A DNA stretch of 64,000 bases from Vitrella brassicaformis CCMP3155 (Eukaryota > Protista > Chromerida), in the NCBI GenBank assembly GCA_001179505.1, contig CDMY01000388.1, positions 1 to 64,000 of the forward strand, written 5' to 3'. Below, in pieces: positions 1 to 10,337 of the stretch (position 1 is its first letter; each line of letters opens with the position of its first letter). The notes below the pieces were generated by a model. That model worked only from the letters and a program-made list of their open reading frames with translations, had not been told where the DNA came from and ran no database searches. Both the position numbers and the translations under genes were made by a program.

Positions 1-410
1 GAGCCTGTAACCAACAGGCTGAAGGGCTCACGCGTCACTCGAGTGCCTTCAAGTGACGTGACATACGTTAACTCATAGCGCAACGTTAACGGCAGGCAGA
101 GTCTGTCGGTCTCTCATGAAACGAACTGCGTCAACATCGACCAACCCTCAATCATGCGACAAACATGCCAGCACCATCCTCAGCGCCCGCCTGGCGTATC
201 TTCCAGCGGCGCCGCCCACCACGCACACACATATGAGTGCCTTCAAGTCGATGAACCACCCCCTCCCTCCCTGCCGTCTGTGCGTGTCTCTTTCTCTCTC
301 TCTTCTGTCTCTCAGCCACCCAGCCAGCCAGCCAGCCAGCCATCCACACACGCACACAAACGTATGCACATCTCTGTTTCCGTCCGTGTGCTGGTCAGAA
401 GACGCTCTCC

Positions 411-2052
411 TCACCACGCAACATCGTCACCCTCGTCTTCGTCTTCGCTGTCGCTCCCCTCGCTCCATAAGAGCGAACCGTCCGTGTCAGACTCCGCACT
501 ATCCGGCGTCCACTCATCTGAGTCGTCTGATGTCTCCAGTTCGTCTGATGTCTCCCATTCATCTTCGGTCTCTGGCGGCAGAGGCTGCAGCTCCGGCTGG
601 TCGGCCCCCTCTAGGGGCACCTCCACTCCCACAGCCTCAAGCAAAGTGCGCAGCCTGGACTCGGCGCGGTCCCTGGTGAGCTTCTGCCTCTCTTTGTCGC
701 GCTGCATCTGCTTATCCTGCTTCCCGGTGTCCTTGACCCCATTGTGTCGAAGCTCGTTGGCCGCTTCACGCCTCTTGCGCATGGCTTGGATCCTCGCCCG
801 GCGGCCCTTCTTTCTCTTTCTCTCTTCCTCTCTGTTGTCCTCTCTTTGTACTCTGCTGGGCTCCTCCCTTAGGGGGGCGCAGCAGTAGCACTGGCCCAAT
901 GGAGAGAGAGGCGAAAGAGAGAGAGACATGCACACAAGAGGACTGCCTTTGGTCAGGCAGAGTGCTCACCTGGCCGAAGAGCCCCCTGGCCAAGTCGTAT
1001 TTCCGCTGCTCGAGGAACTTGTCGATGGGCTCAGGAGACCCGCCGACAGACTTGGCCCACTCGTCCCACAGTTGCTTCTCCTCCTTTGACTGTTTGAGCA
1101 ACTTGTCGAGAGCCTCAATTCTGATACGTATGAGTCAACGACTGACTGGGGTGTGTCGTGTGTGTGGTCTTCTCTTCGTGTAGCCTAGCTGGGAGGGAGG
1201 CACTGTGAGCCTGCACGTAGCACCTACGTGCACGCGATGTGTGTCCGCGGCTCGCGGAGGAAGTCGTGGTCCATGTCCACCGCCATGCACTGCCACGGCG
1301 CCACACATCGGCTGTGCCACCGCTCCGCCGGTCCCCATGTGCACTTGGTGGCTGCCCACAGGCACACACATCAATGGATGGACTGTCATGGTGGGCCTTC
1401 GAGTGGCTGAGGGAGGCATATAGAGCTCACGAGCATCCAGTTGGCAGTCGAAGTCCGTCACTGCAGACATACAGACAGACGTGCAGCCTAAGCTTGCCAC
1501 CATTCCATCGTGTGTGCGTGGTCTGCTCTGCTTACTGACCCGGTTGTGTGTCTGACGGAGTGTCGTTAAGGAGATTGTTGACACTGAAAGCCCCGGCGGC
1601 AGATAGAGACAGCGACGCGCCTGCACTCACTCACTCACTCACACAATGTCATGCAAATGGTGATTCAACAAATGTCCCAGCCTGGGGATGTGGGTGAACA
1701 GGGCAGGGCCTCCCCCGCTTCATTCTNNNNNNNNNNNNNNNNNNNNNNNNNNNNNNNNNNNNNNNNNNNNNNNNNNNNNNNNNNNNNNNNNNNNNNNNNN
1801 NNNNNNNNNNNNNNNNNNNNNNNNNNNNNNNNNNNNNNNNNNNNNNNNNNNNNNNNNNNNNNNNNNNNNNNNNNNNNNNNNNNNNNNNNNNNNNNNNNNN
1901 NNNNNNNNNNNNNNNNNNNNNNNNNNNNNNNNNNNNNNNNNNNNNNNNNNNNNNNNNNNNNNNNNNNNNNNNNNNNNNNNNNNNNNNNNNNNNNNNNNNN
2001 NNNNNNNNNNNNNNNNNNNNNNNNNNAAGAACATCTTCTTCGTTGCCGCCAT
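411..2052 (-). CDS. Putative secreted Cys-rich protein with basic coiled coil and acidic tail, copy 1 (multi-exon; exon 1 crosses the N gap)
   Basis: Splice phases are consistent with copy 2: MAATKKMF..|GASLSLSAAGAFSVNN..|VTDFDCQLDA|..KCTWGPAERWHSRCVAPWQCMAVDMDHDFLREP..|IEALDKLLKQSKEEK..YDLARGLFGQ|CYCCAPLREE..SDSEDEDEGDDVAW*. Confidence 0.6.
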
Positions 2053-2859
2053 TGCAGAGCCCGGCTGAGCTCCTTCAAGAAGGACTCAAGGAGGTTGTTG
2101 CACCGAGGAAATACGATGGATCCGCTGCCGAGTGGGGGCTGCACCAAGGGGAGACCGTCTGAGACGCCCAAGCCCCCAGGCCCTTTTGCATGCAATTGCG
2201 AGCTCGATGAGCTTCCACAACGTTCACTTCACTGCCCCTCTCCTGGCAAGATGCTGTGGTCACTGCGTTCACCTCACTGCCAGATGACACACATTCGCCA
2301 TTGCACCGCTCGCTTCAATCCCATCGATAACGTAAGTCAGACAGGGGGGGCGCCCTTCGTTGTCTGTCAGGTCAGGGAGTGCAGCATCGTGGATGGGAAG
2401 ACCCTCCATGTGTGTGTGTCTGTGTGTGTGTGTGTGTGTGAGTGTACGTGAGCCTGTAACCAACAGGCTGAAGGGCTCACGCGTCACTCGAGTGCCTTCA
2501 AGTGACGTGACATACGTTAACTCATAGCGCAACGTTAACGGCAGGCAGAGTCTGTCGGTCTCTCATGAAACGAACTGCGTCAACATCGACCAACCCTCAA
2601 TCATGCGACAAACATGCCAGCACCATCCTCAGCGCCCGCCTGGCGTATCTTCCAGCGGCGCCGCCCACCACGCACACACATATGAGTGCCTTCAAGTCGA
2701 TGAACCACCCCCTCCCTCCCTGCCGTCTGTGCGTGTCTCTTTCTCTCTCTCTTCTGTCTCTCAGCCACCCAGCCAGCCAGCCAGCCAGCCATCCACACAC
2801 GCACACAAACGTATGCACATCTCTGTTTCCGTCCGTGTGCTGGTCAGAAGACGCTCTCC

Positions 2860-4281
2860 TCACCACGCAACATCGTCACCCTCGTCTTCGTCTTCGCTGT
2901 CGCTCCCCTCGCTCCATAAGAGCGAACCGTCCGTGTCAGACTCCGCACTATCCGGCGTCCACTCATCTGAGTCGTCTGATGTCTCCAGTTCGTCTGATGT
3001 CTCCAATTCATCTTCGGTCTCTGGCGGCAGAGGCTGCAGCTCCGGCTGGTCGGCCCCCTCTAGGGGCACCTCCCCTCCCACAGCGTCAAGAAGAGTGCGC
3101 AGCCTGGCCATGGCTTGGCGCTCCTTTCCCACCTGCCTCGCTTTGTCGCGCTGTCGCTGCGTCCTGCGCTGCATCATTTTATCCTGCCTCCCGGTGTCCC
3201 TGGCTTCACGCGCCTCGCGCACGGCTTGGATCCTCGCCCGGCGGCTCTTCTCTCTCACTCGCTCTTCCTCTCTGTCATCCTCTCTTTGTACTTCGCTGAG
3301 CTCCTCCCCTAGAGGGGCGCTGAGCTCCTCCCCTAGAGGGGCGCAGCAGTAGCACTGGCCCAATGGAGAGAGAGGCGAAAGAGAGAGAGACATGCGCACG
3401 AGGGGACTGTCTTTGGTCAGGCAGAGTGCTCACCTGGCTGAAGAGCCGCATGGACAAGTCGTGTTTCCGCTGCTCGAAGAGTTCGTCGTCGGGCTCAGGA
3501 GACATGCCTATAGACTCTTTAAACGAGTCCCACACATTGTGCTTCTCCTCCTTTGACTCTTTGAGCAACTTGTCGAGAGCCTCAGATCTGATATAAGGCA
3601 ACGACTGGCGTGTGTCGTGTGTGTGGTCTTCTCTCCGTGTAGCCTAGCCGGGAGGGAGGGAGGCACTGTGAGCCTGCACGCCTACGTGCACGCGATGTGT
3701 TTCCGCGGCTTGCGGAGGAAGACGTTGTCCATGTCCACCGCCATGCACTGCCACGGCGCGTGACATTGGTTGTGCCACTGCTTGGCCGGTCCCCATGTGC
3801 ATTTTCTTGCTGCGCACAGGCACACACATCAATCAATGGACTGACTGTCATGGTGGGCCCTCGAGTGGCTGAGGGAGGGAGGGAGGCATGCAGAGCTCAC
3901 AGATTCCGAGTTTGCAATCGAAGTCTGCAGTGAACATACAGGCAAAGCGGCACAGGCAGGCAGGCAGGCAGAGACAGGCGTGCAGCCTAAGCTTGCCTCC
4001 ATTCCATCGTGTGTGCGTGGTCTGCTCTGCTTACTGACCCGGTTGTGTGTCTGACAGAGTGTCGTTAAGGCGATTGTTGACAGTGTAAGCCCCTTGCTTG
4101 GATTGAGCGGCAGACAGAGACAGCGACGCGCCTGTACTCACTCACTCACACATCCAGCAAAGGGTGATTCAACAAATCTGTTACATAGCCCGGGGATGTG
4201 GGTGGGCAGGGCTTCCCCCGCTTCATTCTCACCACCGAGAAGGCGCAGCACGACTAAGAACATCTTCTTCGTTGCTGCCAT
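2860..4281 (-). CDS. Putative secreted Cys-rich protein with basic coiled coil and acidic tail, copy 2 (six exons)
   Basis: GT-AG spliced ORF: MAATKKMFLVVLRLLG|GASLSLSAAQSKQGAYTVNN..|DFDCKLGI|SRKCTWGPAKQWHNQCHAPWQCMAVDMDNVFLRKPRKHIACT|SEALDKLLKESKEE..RLFSQ|CYCCAPLGEELS..DDVAW*. The hydrophobic N-terminus resembles a signal peptide, and indels relative to copy 1 are in frame. Confidence 0.65.
3295..3342. repeat. 24-bp tandem duplication (APLGEELS x2) in copy 2 only
   Basis: gctgagctcctcccctagaggggc occurs twice in succession. Confidence 0.9.
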
Positions 4282-4579
4282 TGCAGAGCCCGGCAGAGCT
4301 GAGCCTCCCTCAAGAAGGACTCAAGGAGGTTGTTGCACCGAGGAAACACGATGGATCCGCTGCGAGGTGGCGGCCCCGGGAAGGGGAGACCGTCTGAGAC
4401 GCCCAGGCCCCCAGGCCCTCGCATGTAATTGCGAGCTAAGAAAGAGCTAAGAAAAACTTCAGTTCTGAGCTTCGACGACGTCCACTTCACTGCCGCTCTC
4501 CTGACAAGATGCTGTGGTCCCTTGGTCGATATATCAGCTCAACGAGTGGTGCTGGGGTGAGGTGAGTGAGGACTGAGTG

Positions 4580-5699
4580 ATGTCGTCGGCATATCGGCAG
4601 GGCAGCACCCAGGACATCTCGCAGGCCCGCATCCTGAGCGTCCAGTCCCACGTGGTCAACGGCTACGTGGGCAATAAGGCCGCCATCTTCCCTCTGCAAC
4701 TGCTCGGCAACGACGTCGACTTCATCAACAGCGTCCAGTTCGTCTCCCAGTTCGTCCACCAGGGCCAGAAACTCAGCGGCGAGGAGCTGAGGACGCTCCT
4801 CGACGGACTGCAGAAACACAACCTCGGCAACTACCAGTACTTCCTCACCGGCTTCATCGGCCAGCCGTCCTTTCTAAGGGAGGTGCTGGCCTTCATCAAG
4901 TCGCAGAAGGCCAACCCTCCCCTCTCCCTCTCCCCCTCCCCCTCTGCCCCCATATGGCTGTGCGACCCTGTGCTGGGCGACAACGGCAAGCTCTACACGG
5001 ACGAGGCGCTCATCGACATTTACCGGACCGAGGTGCTGCCCGCGACCGACATCATCACGCCCAACCAGTGGGAACTCAGGTGGCTCACCGGGCTGCCTGC
5101 CGACACACTCGACGACCTCATCAACTGCTTCCAGCACCTGCACGTCAACGGCCCGCGCATCATCGTCGCCACGAGCGCCGCCATCACCACGCCCCAGTGC
5201 GAGGGCGACCAGGGGGGCGGCATGGTGCCCTCGTCGCTCTATCTGGTCGCCTCCGAGTACCGGGGCGCTGGCGACGATGCGGCGCTCGAGCACGGCGCTG
5301 ACGGGCGGAGGCGTGTGAGGCGAGGCGACATGGAGTGCTGGTCGCTCAAGTTCCCCAACCTCGACTTGGCCTACTACGGTCAGGGTGACCTCACGGCCGC
5401 CCTGCTGCTTGCCAACTATCACAAGTACAGGCGCAACCTCGCAAGGACCATCGAGGTCACCCTGGCGGCCGTGCAGGTCAGCCAGAGCAGGAGTGGACGA
5501 CGGCGGGACGGGGATAGAATATGGTGTGCGGCGCTCTCTCTGTCTCTCTCTCTGTGTGTGTGTGTGTGTGTGTGTGCAGGGTGTGATAGAGCGGACTCTG
5601 AGGCTGGGTGACGATCGCGTGAATCTGGACATAACGGGTAGCCAGGCGGAGATCCTCAACCCGACCGTCGTACACAAGGCCGAGAGGATACCCACCTGA
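4580..5699 (+). CDS. PDXK: Pyridoxal kinase (PfkB/ribokinase family), 2 exons (4580-5476, 5580-5699)
   Basis: Motifs ILSVQSHVVNGYVGNKAAIFPLQLLG, LTGFIG, CDPVLGDNGKLY, ITPNQWELRWLTG and GQGDLTAALLLA. Intron gtcagc..tgtgcag restores GVIERTL..*. Confidence 0.95.
5530..5579 (+). repeat. Representative intronic microsatellite ((CT)n(TG)n) abutting a 3' splice site; the pattern recurs throughout the window
   Basis: ctctctctgtgtgtgtgtgtgtgtgtgcag. Comparable (TG)n/(TCTG)n tracts lie in most introns. Confidence 0.9.
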
Positions 5700-6634
5700 A
5701 AACGACAGACATGATGTGATGGATGTGACCTTTCTGAAGAGACAGACGGTCTTGCTGCTGTCCGAAGGCCATTGGGGGGAGGAGGGCTTTTGAATCAATG
5801 ACAGAGAGATGAGACGGACGGGAGGAAATGTATTGTTGTCATTGACGGGGATGGTATTGGGGGAGAGGAGAGTGGGGTTTTGCGAGTGCGCTTGATTTGC
5901 GTGTGTAGATTGAAACCAGTCGACCGACTGGACTGACTCAATCAATGTCCGTGTGTGATGCTGGTGCCTTCCGGATCTCGATGCTCTGTGCTTTGTCCGT
6001 GTGTCGCAACCAGCATCACATGTGCTCGACCACAGAGTGCGTGTGGTTCAGGCTGCGGCGCAGGGGTCAAGTACAGAGCCGAGAGTCTAGTTGATGCTGA
6101 CGAGTACTTGTTTGCCTAATGCTGTGGTGGGGTGCGGGGCGGTCTGGCGTCCGTGCCCAGCTGTGCCTCTCCTCGGCTGGCAGAGAGACACTGCAACTGT
6201 CGACATGAAGACTCGTGGATGGACCGTGCTTTATATAGACGACAGATTTGGGTAGGGTGGTGCCAACTGACCACTGCATTGCATAGCTAAGATACAGAAG
6301 ACTGACTGACATCATGAAAGGAAGAGTCTCACAAATGTCACACGTCAGCATCAGCCAGCCACTCAGAAGATATGCCTGGCTACATACATGAGAGGCGCCG
6401 CGCCCTGTATCAACTCCTTCCCTCCCTCCCTCCCTACTCACCCTCTCGACCATGAGCATGTGTGCATGGCTCGATGCACCACCAACACATCGCGCGATGC
6501 GATTGTCACGCCCATGCAGACGTACTCAACCAACCGACCGACCGACCGACCGTTGTTCACACCCTTCGGTTGCATCGCACCGCATCCATCACGTCAGTCA
6601 CTTCTCTCTCTCGATCCCAGCCAGCCATACTCAC

Positions 6635-9600
6635 TCAGTCGGGTCTTCTCGCCTTGGTGGAGCAGTCAAGGAGCTTCGAAAGCTTGCGGCTCAGAGGTTT
6701 CTTGAAGTCATACTCCACAGACGAGAAGGTCTTCTGCGCCCGCTCCAGCCACTGTTCCGACTTCTGCCAGTGAGGCCAGCCCTCCTTGTAGTCACACGCC
6801 TGCCATGGTTCAACCAGCCCATGGGGGTGGTGTGGGTGTGTTGTTGGAGGGGGGTGGGGGCGTACTGACTGTACTTTGTATCTTTCGAAGTGAGCGTCTG
6901 CGAGGTGGTAGCAGGCAAAGGGGAAGAGGTAGAGCTCCCGCTTGACGCTCGACTGAAGAGGCAGCAGCTCACGCTCCCACAGATCCTATATTCGAGTGAC
7001 ACACAAACACGTATGTGCGGTGCGCCGATGTCCATCTCTCTCTCTCTCTCTGTTGTATGTGTGTTGCATATATATGTGTGTCAGAAGATACCTCCAGCGC
7101 GTCTGCGTCTGTGTGGTTGCGCAGCTTGATGAGCTTGCCGCGCAAAAACACCACATACGCCTGCACGTCCACACACACACACACAGACACACATGCCTCC
7201 TTCCTTGACTCACTTGTGTGTGCCCATCCATCCGCCGACCTGCATGTCAGAGTCCTGTTGTGCGTCGACTTTGGCGGCGGCCTCATCCAGCAATCGCTGG
7301 GCGTTGTCGAAGTCGCGACACCTGGAGAGGTTATAGGCCTGGAAACACAGAGACTCCACCTCGGAGAACCCTCCTGCTCCGTGGGCAGTGCAACATACAC
7401 GGAGAGACAAGGAAGCATTGCAATCGTTGCGTGCACATCGCGGCGTGGCGTAGTGTGGGCTGGCAGGGCAGGCTGACCGCTGAGGTACTCGTCGGCCTTC
7501 CTGGCGGCGAACTGGTCGTATGAGTAGTGCGGCCTCTGCCAGGGCTTGACTTTGCGCATCAAGTCGGCGCACTTGTCTGTGTTGCCAAGCATGTGGTGGC
7601 AGAAGGCGAGCTGCATGGCGCACCAGGCCCTGTAGGTGGTGGACTTGTGCCTCTCCAAGAACCACTCGAACAACTGACACAGACAGACAGACAGACGAGA
7701 CACAAACCGATCGTCAACCGATCTGTCTGTCTGTCTGTCTGTCAGTCTGTGTGTCTGTCTGTCTGTCTGTGTGTCTGTCTGTCTGTCTGTCTGTGTCTCC
7801 GTGTGTCTGTCTGTGTGCGTGTGAGCTCGGTCACCTCAGCGGCTTCCTTCCAGTCGTTGAAAAGGAAGACGCACCAGCCCTCCTCGTACGCCCCAATGAC
7901 CTGCAGCGGCTCCAGCTCCCCGCTGGCCTCGCGCATCCCGCGGAACATCTCACGCGCGTCGCGAACTCGCCCATTCACACGCAGGCAGTACCCCGCCAGA
8001 AAGGCCAAAAGGGGGCTTAGCTTCAGATGCTCGTGTGCCTGTGCGTGTGCCTTCCCCCACGCCCAGCCTTTCTGGAGAGAGGCGAGGAGGCCTTTGGTCT
8101 CGTCGAAGTCCTCGTAGAAGAGCCCGTTGATCCACAGGAGCAGGCTTGCAGACCAGGCAGCCCTGCCGACACCGCACTCTGCACACCACACATGGATGGA
8201 TGGAAGGTCATGTATCAGGGTGAGTGTCTGTGTGCGTGTGGCTGACTCATGGAAGTGTGCAGCTGTTGGAGGCCCTTCTCTCTGTCGGGGGTGAAGCCCA
8301 GGCCCTGAGCTATCCACGTGAAGCCCTGCACACAGGCAGGCAGGCAGGCAGGCGTCATATATGTGTGTGTGGGCCTGACAGGCTGACCGATGGGACGAGT
8401 GAGACGAAGAACTTGAACGCGCCCGCACCGAAGAGCGTCGACGCCTTCAGTGTCGCATCCACAGGCAGCCCCTCAGCCTACACACACACGCATGGAGGGA
8501 GATCTGTCCCATCCTTCCTTCTCTCCACATATAGATCTTCTGACCTCATCTTGTTGGATCCTGGCCTCCAGTTTCTCGTAGAGCTTCCATGCTCGCCGGA
8601 GGTTGATGGCCCCGACCGTGAAGTTGCTGATGCTCCCACTCTTGAACTGAAGCAACGCCTGCACACATGACCATGACACGAATGACATCGCACACACACA
8701 CACACACGTCGATGTGTCACAGTGTACATGGCAAGTGAGCCCCCACCGCAGCCACCTGCCACATGAAGGCCTCCGCCAGCACCACACACCCCTCCAGGCC
8801 GTAATGCGCCAGCGCGTTTGGAGCCTCGGCGAGGTCCCCCGTCTTGCTCAGCCTCTCCTGCACGAACCCACACACACTGATGGCCACCCACCTCAATCCA
8901 GGGCACCGCGCCCACCTAACCTTCAGCCACACCTTGGCTCGACACATGGCGTTCACCATGGCCCGCTTGGGGCCGCGGCGAGCACGTGTGCAGTTACACC
9001 TGCTCTCGACCAACCAAACCAACACACGCATACATGCAGGATGCCTTCCTCCCTCCCTCCCTGCTGCTGGTGTGCCGACATACCTACCGTGCCTTAGCGA
9101 CGAGGCGGACCTTCTCGATGTCGTGCATGAACCCCCTGGCGCCGCCAGCCTCATCTTGCAGCACTGCGCGCAAAAATCCTGCAGACCGACCGACAGACAG
9201 ACAGACAGACATACAGACAGACAGACAGATGTGTCGGTGCGTTGGGTCTGGTGCTGTGTTTGATGTTCGCCCATCGACCCACCCCAGCCAACCACATACC
9301 TGTTTCGACTTTCAGCAGATACAGCATGAGGTCGTCGGGGTGCCTGCCCGTCTCCTTATGCACTTCGGCATACCGACAGTCGAACAGCTTCCGATGCACA
9401 TCATCTGCAGGCAAGTGAGTGACACAGATGCGATCGAGGCATCCAAACGCGCCGCACCGCGCCCACAATGCATTGCACACGTGTGCGTGCGTGTATATGT
9501 GTGTGTACCTTTGAAGACGAGATGGTACTTGGCAACGGCGTTGTCGATGGTGCCCCGCCGCCTCCTTTGCCGCTCCTCCATCTCAGTCGTCACGTCCACC

Positions 9601-10313
9601 CCAGACGCAGACGAGATGAAGATTCGCGGACAGACTGACCCACCACCGCCCCCATCTTGCGGCAGCTGACCTCTGACGCCATCCATTGGCTCCAAGGACA
9701 CACTGCATAACATCACCACCAGCATGAGAGAGATAAACTGTTTGACTTTGACTGGCTGACCTTTCGATGCCCAATGGTGGTGCGTCGTCGACGGCATCGT
9801 CCGGCGTAGACGGATGCTCTGTGGGGGGAGGGGAGGAGGCAGGGGAGCCTGCAGGACACAGACAATCTCACACACAATCACACAGCTATGGATTGGATTG
9901 GATGCATCCACACATTCGTCCATTCCTATCCCCCAGGCAGACAGACACCCATCTCACCCACCTTGTGTGGCGACGTTGGATCTTGGCCCACCACCCACCG
10001 ATGGCTGCTTGAGGGGTGACCACCCCTCCCCCTCACTAGGCACCATCGGTGACGCTGGCTCGCTCTTGTTGCCATGAGGCGTCATCTGATTCATCCCATC
10101 GCTCACGCCCTCGCCCTCACCCCCACCCCCGCCTTCCGACTGGGTCGCATACGACGCCCGGCCGCCTGCCTCCGAGCAGCTGACGATGCTTGCCGCTTCT
10201 GGGGGGATGGTGCTGGAGGCCTCTGCATGCCGGCCTGTACCTGAAGCGCCGAGGTCGCTCTGTGCGCCGTCGGCGGCGTCGAGGATCTGTTGCCGCCCGC
10301 AGCAGATTGGCAT
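6635..10313 (-). CDS. TTC39: TTC39/Iml2-family tetratricopeptide repeat protein (many exons; true start uncertain)
   Basis: Exons ALLQFKSGSISNFTVGAINLRRAWKLYEKL, SPLLAFLAGYCLRVNGRVRDAREMF, GAYEEGWCVFLFNDWKEA, YRAWCAMQLAFCHHMLG..YDQFAARKADEYL and C-terminal WLERAQKTFSSVEYDFKKPLSRKL match the TTC39 pattern. Confidence 0.8.
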
Positions 10314-10337
10314 CGGCTGGTGGCGGGGATCTGTAAG

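Larger units (their letters stand above)
1..4520. repeat. Tandem segmental duplication, unit offset 2449 bp (1-~2260 and 2450-~4520)
   Basis: gagcctgtaaccaacaggctgaagggctc occurs at 1 and 2450. ORFs at 116/2565 and 154/2603 have identical N-termini. Similarity continues to cttcactgcc...aagatgctgtggtc at ~2230-2260 and ~4485-4520. Confidence 0.95.

Noticed and set aside
116-888. Plus-strand ORFs 116-679 and 154-888 (and duplicates 2565-3352) as genes
   Set aside because: They are antisense shadows of the minus-strand acidic tail plus microsatellite-derived low-complexity sequence.
1727-2027. N runs (also 42254-42553, 56910-57209, 58674-58973) as real 300-bp sequence
   Set aside because: All are ~300 N. 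The paralogous region for this gap is only ~30 nt (4229-4257), so the lengths are placeholders. ORFs spanning them are artefacts.
2441-2470. Hairpin at the unit end as a Helitron 3' terminus
   Set aside because: No CTRR terminus follows the hairpin on either strand, and there is no Rep/helicase ORF.
411-4281. Cys/His clusters in the tandem genes as a CxC-type (KDZ) transposon
   Set aside because: No transposase catalytic core, TIRs or TSDs are visible, and the spliced product has a signal-peptide-like start.
4577-4579. GTG starts from the ORF track (4577, 39576 and others)
   Set aside because: This is a eukaryotic nuclear context, so the nearest in-frame ATGs were used instead.
4580-5476. 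Long intron-free first exon of pyridoxal kinase as evidence of recent bacterial transfer
   Set aside because: The gene has a typical spliceosomal intron and host-like composition. Only a phylogeny could test transfer.
7680-7830. Regular short repeats (GACA/TGTC, AC, ATCC) as CRISPR arrays or telomeric repeats
   Set aside because: These are simple intronic microsatellites with no unique spacers and no cas genes.
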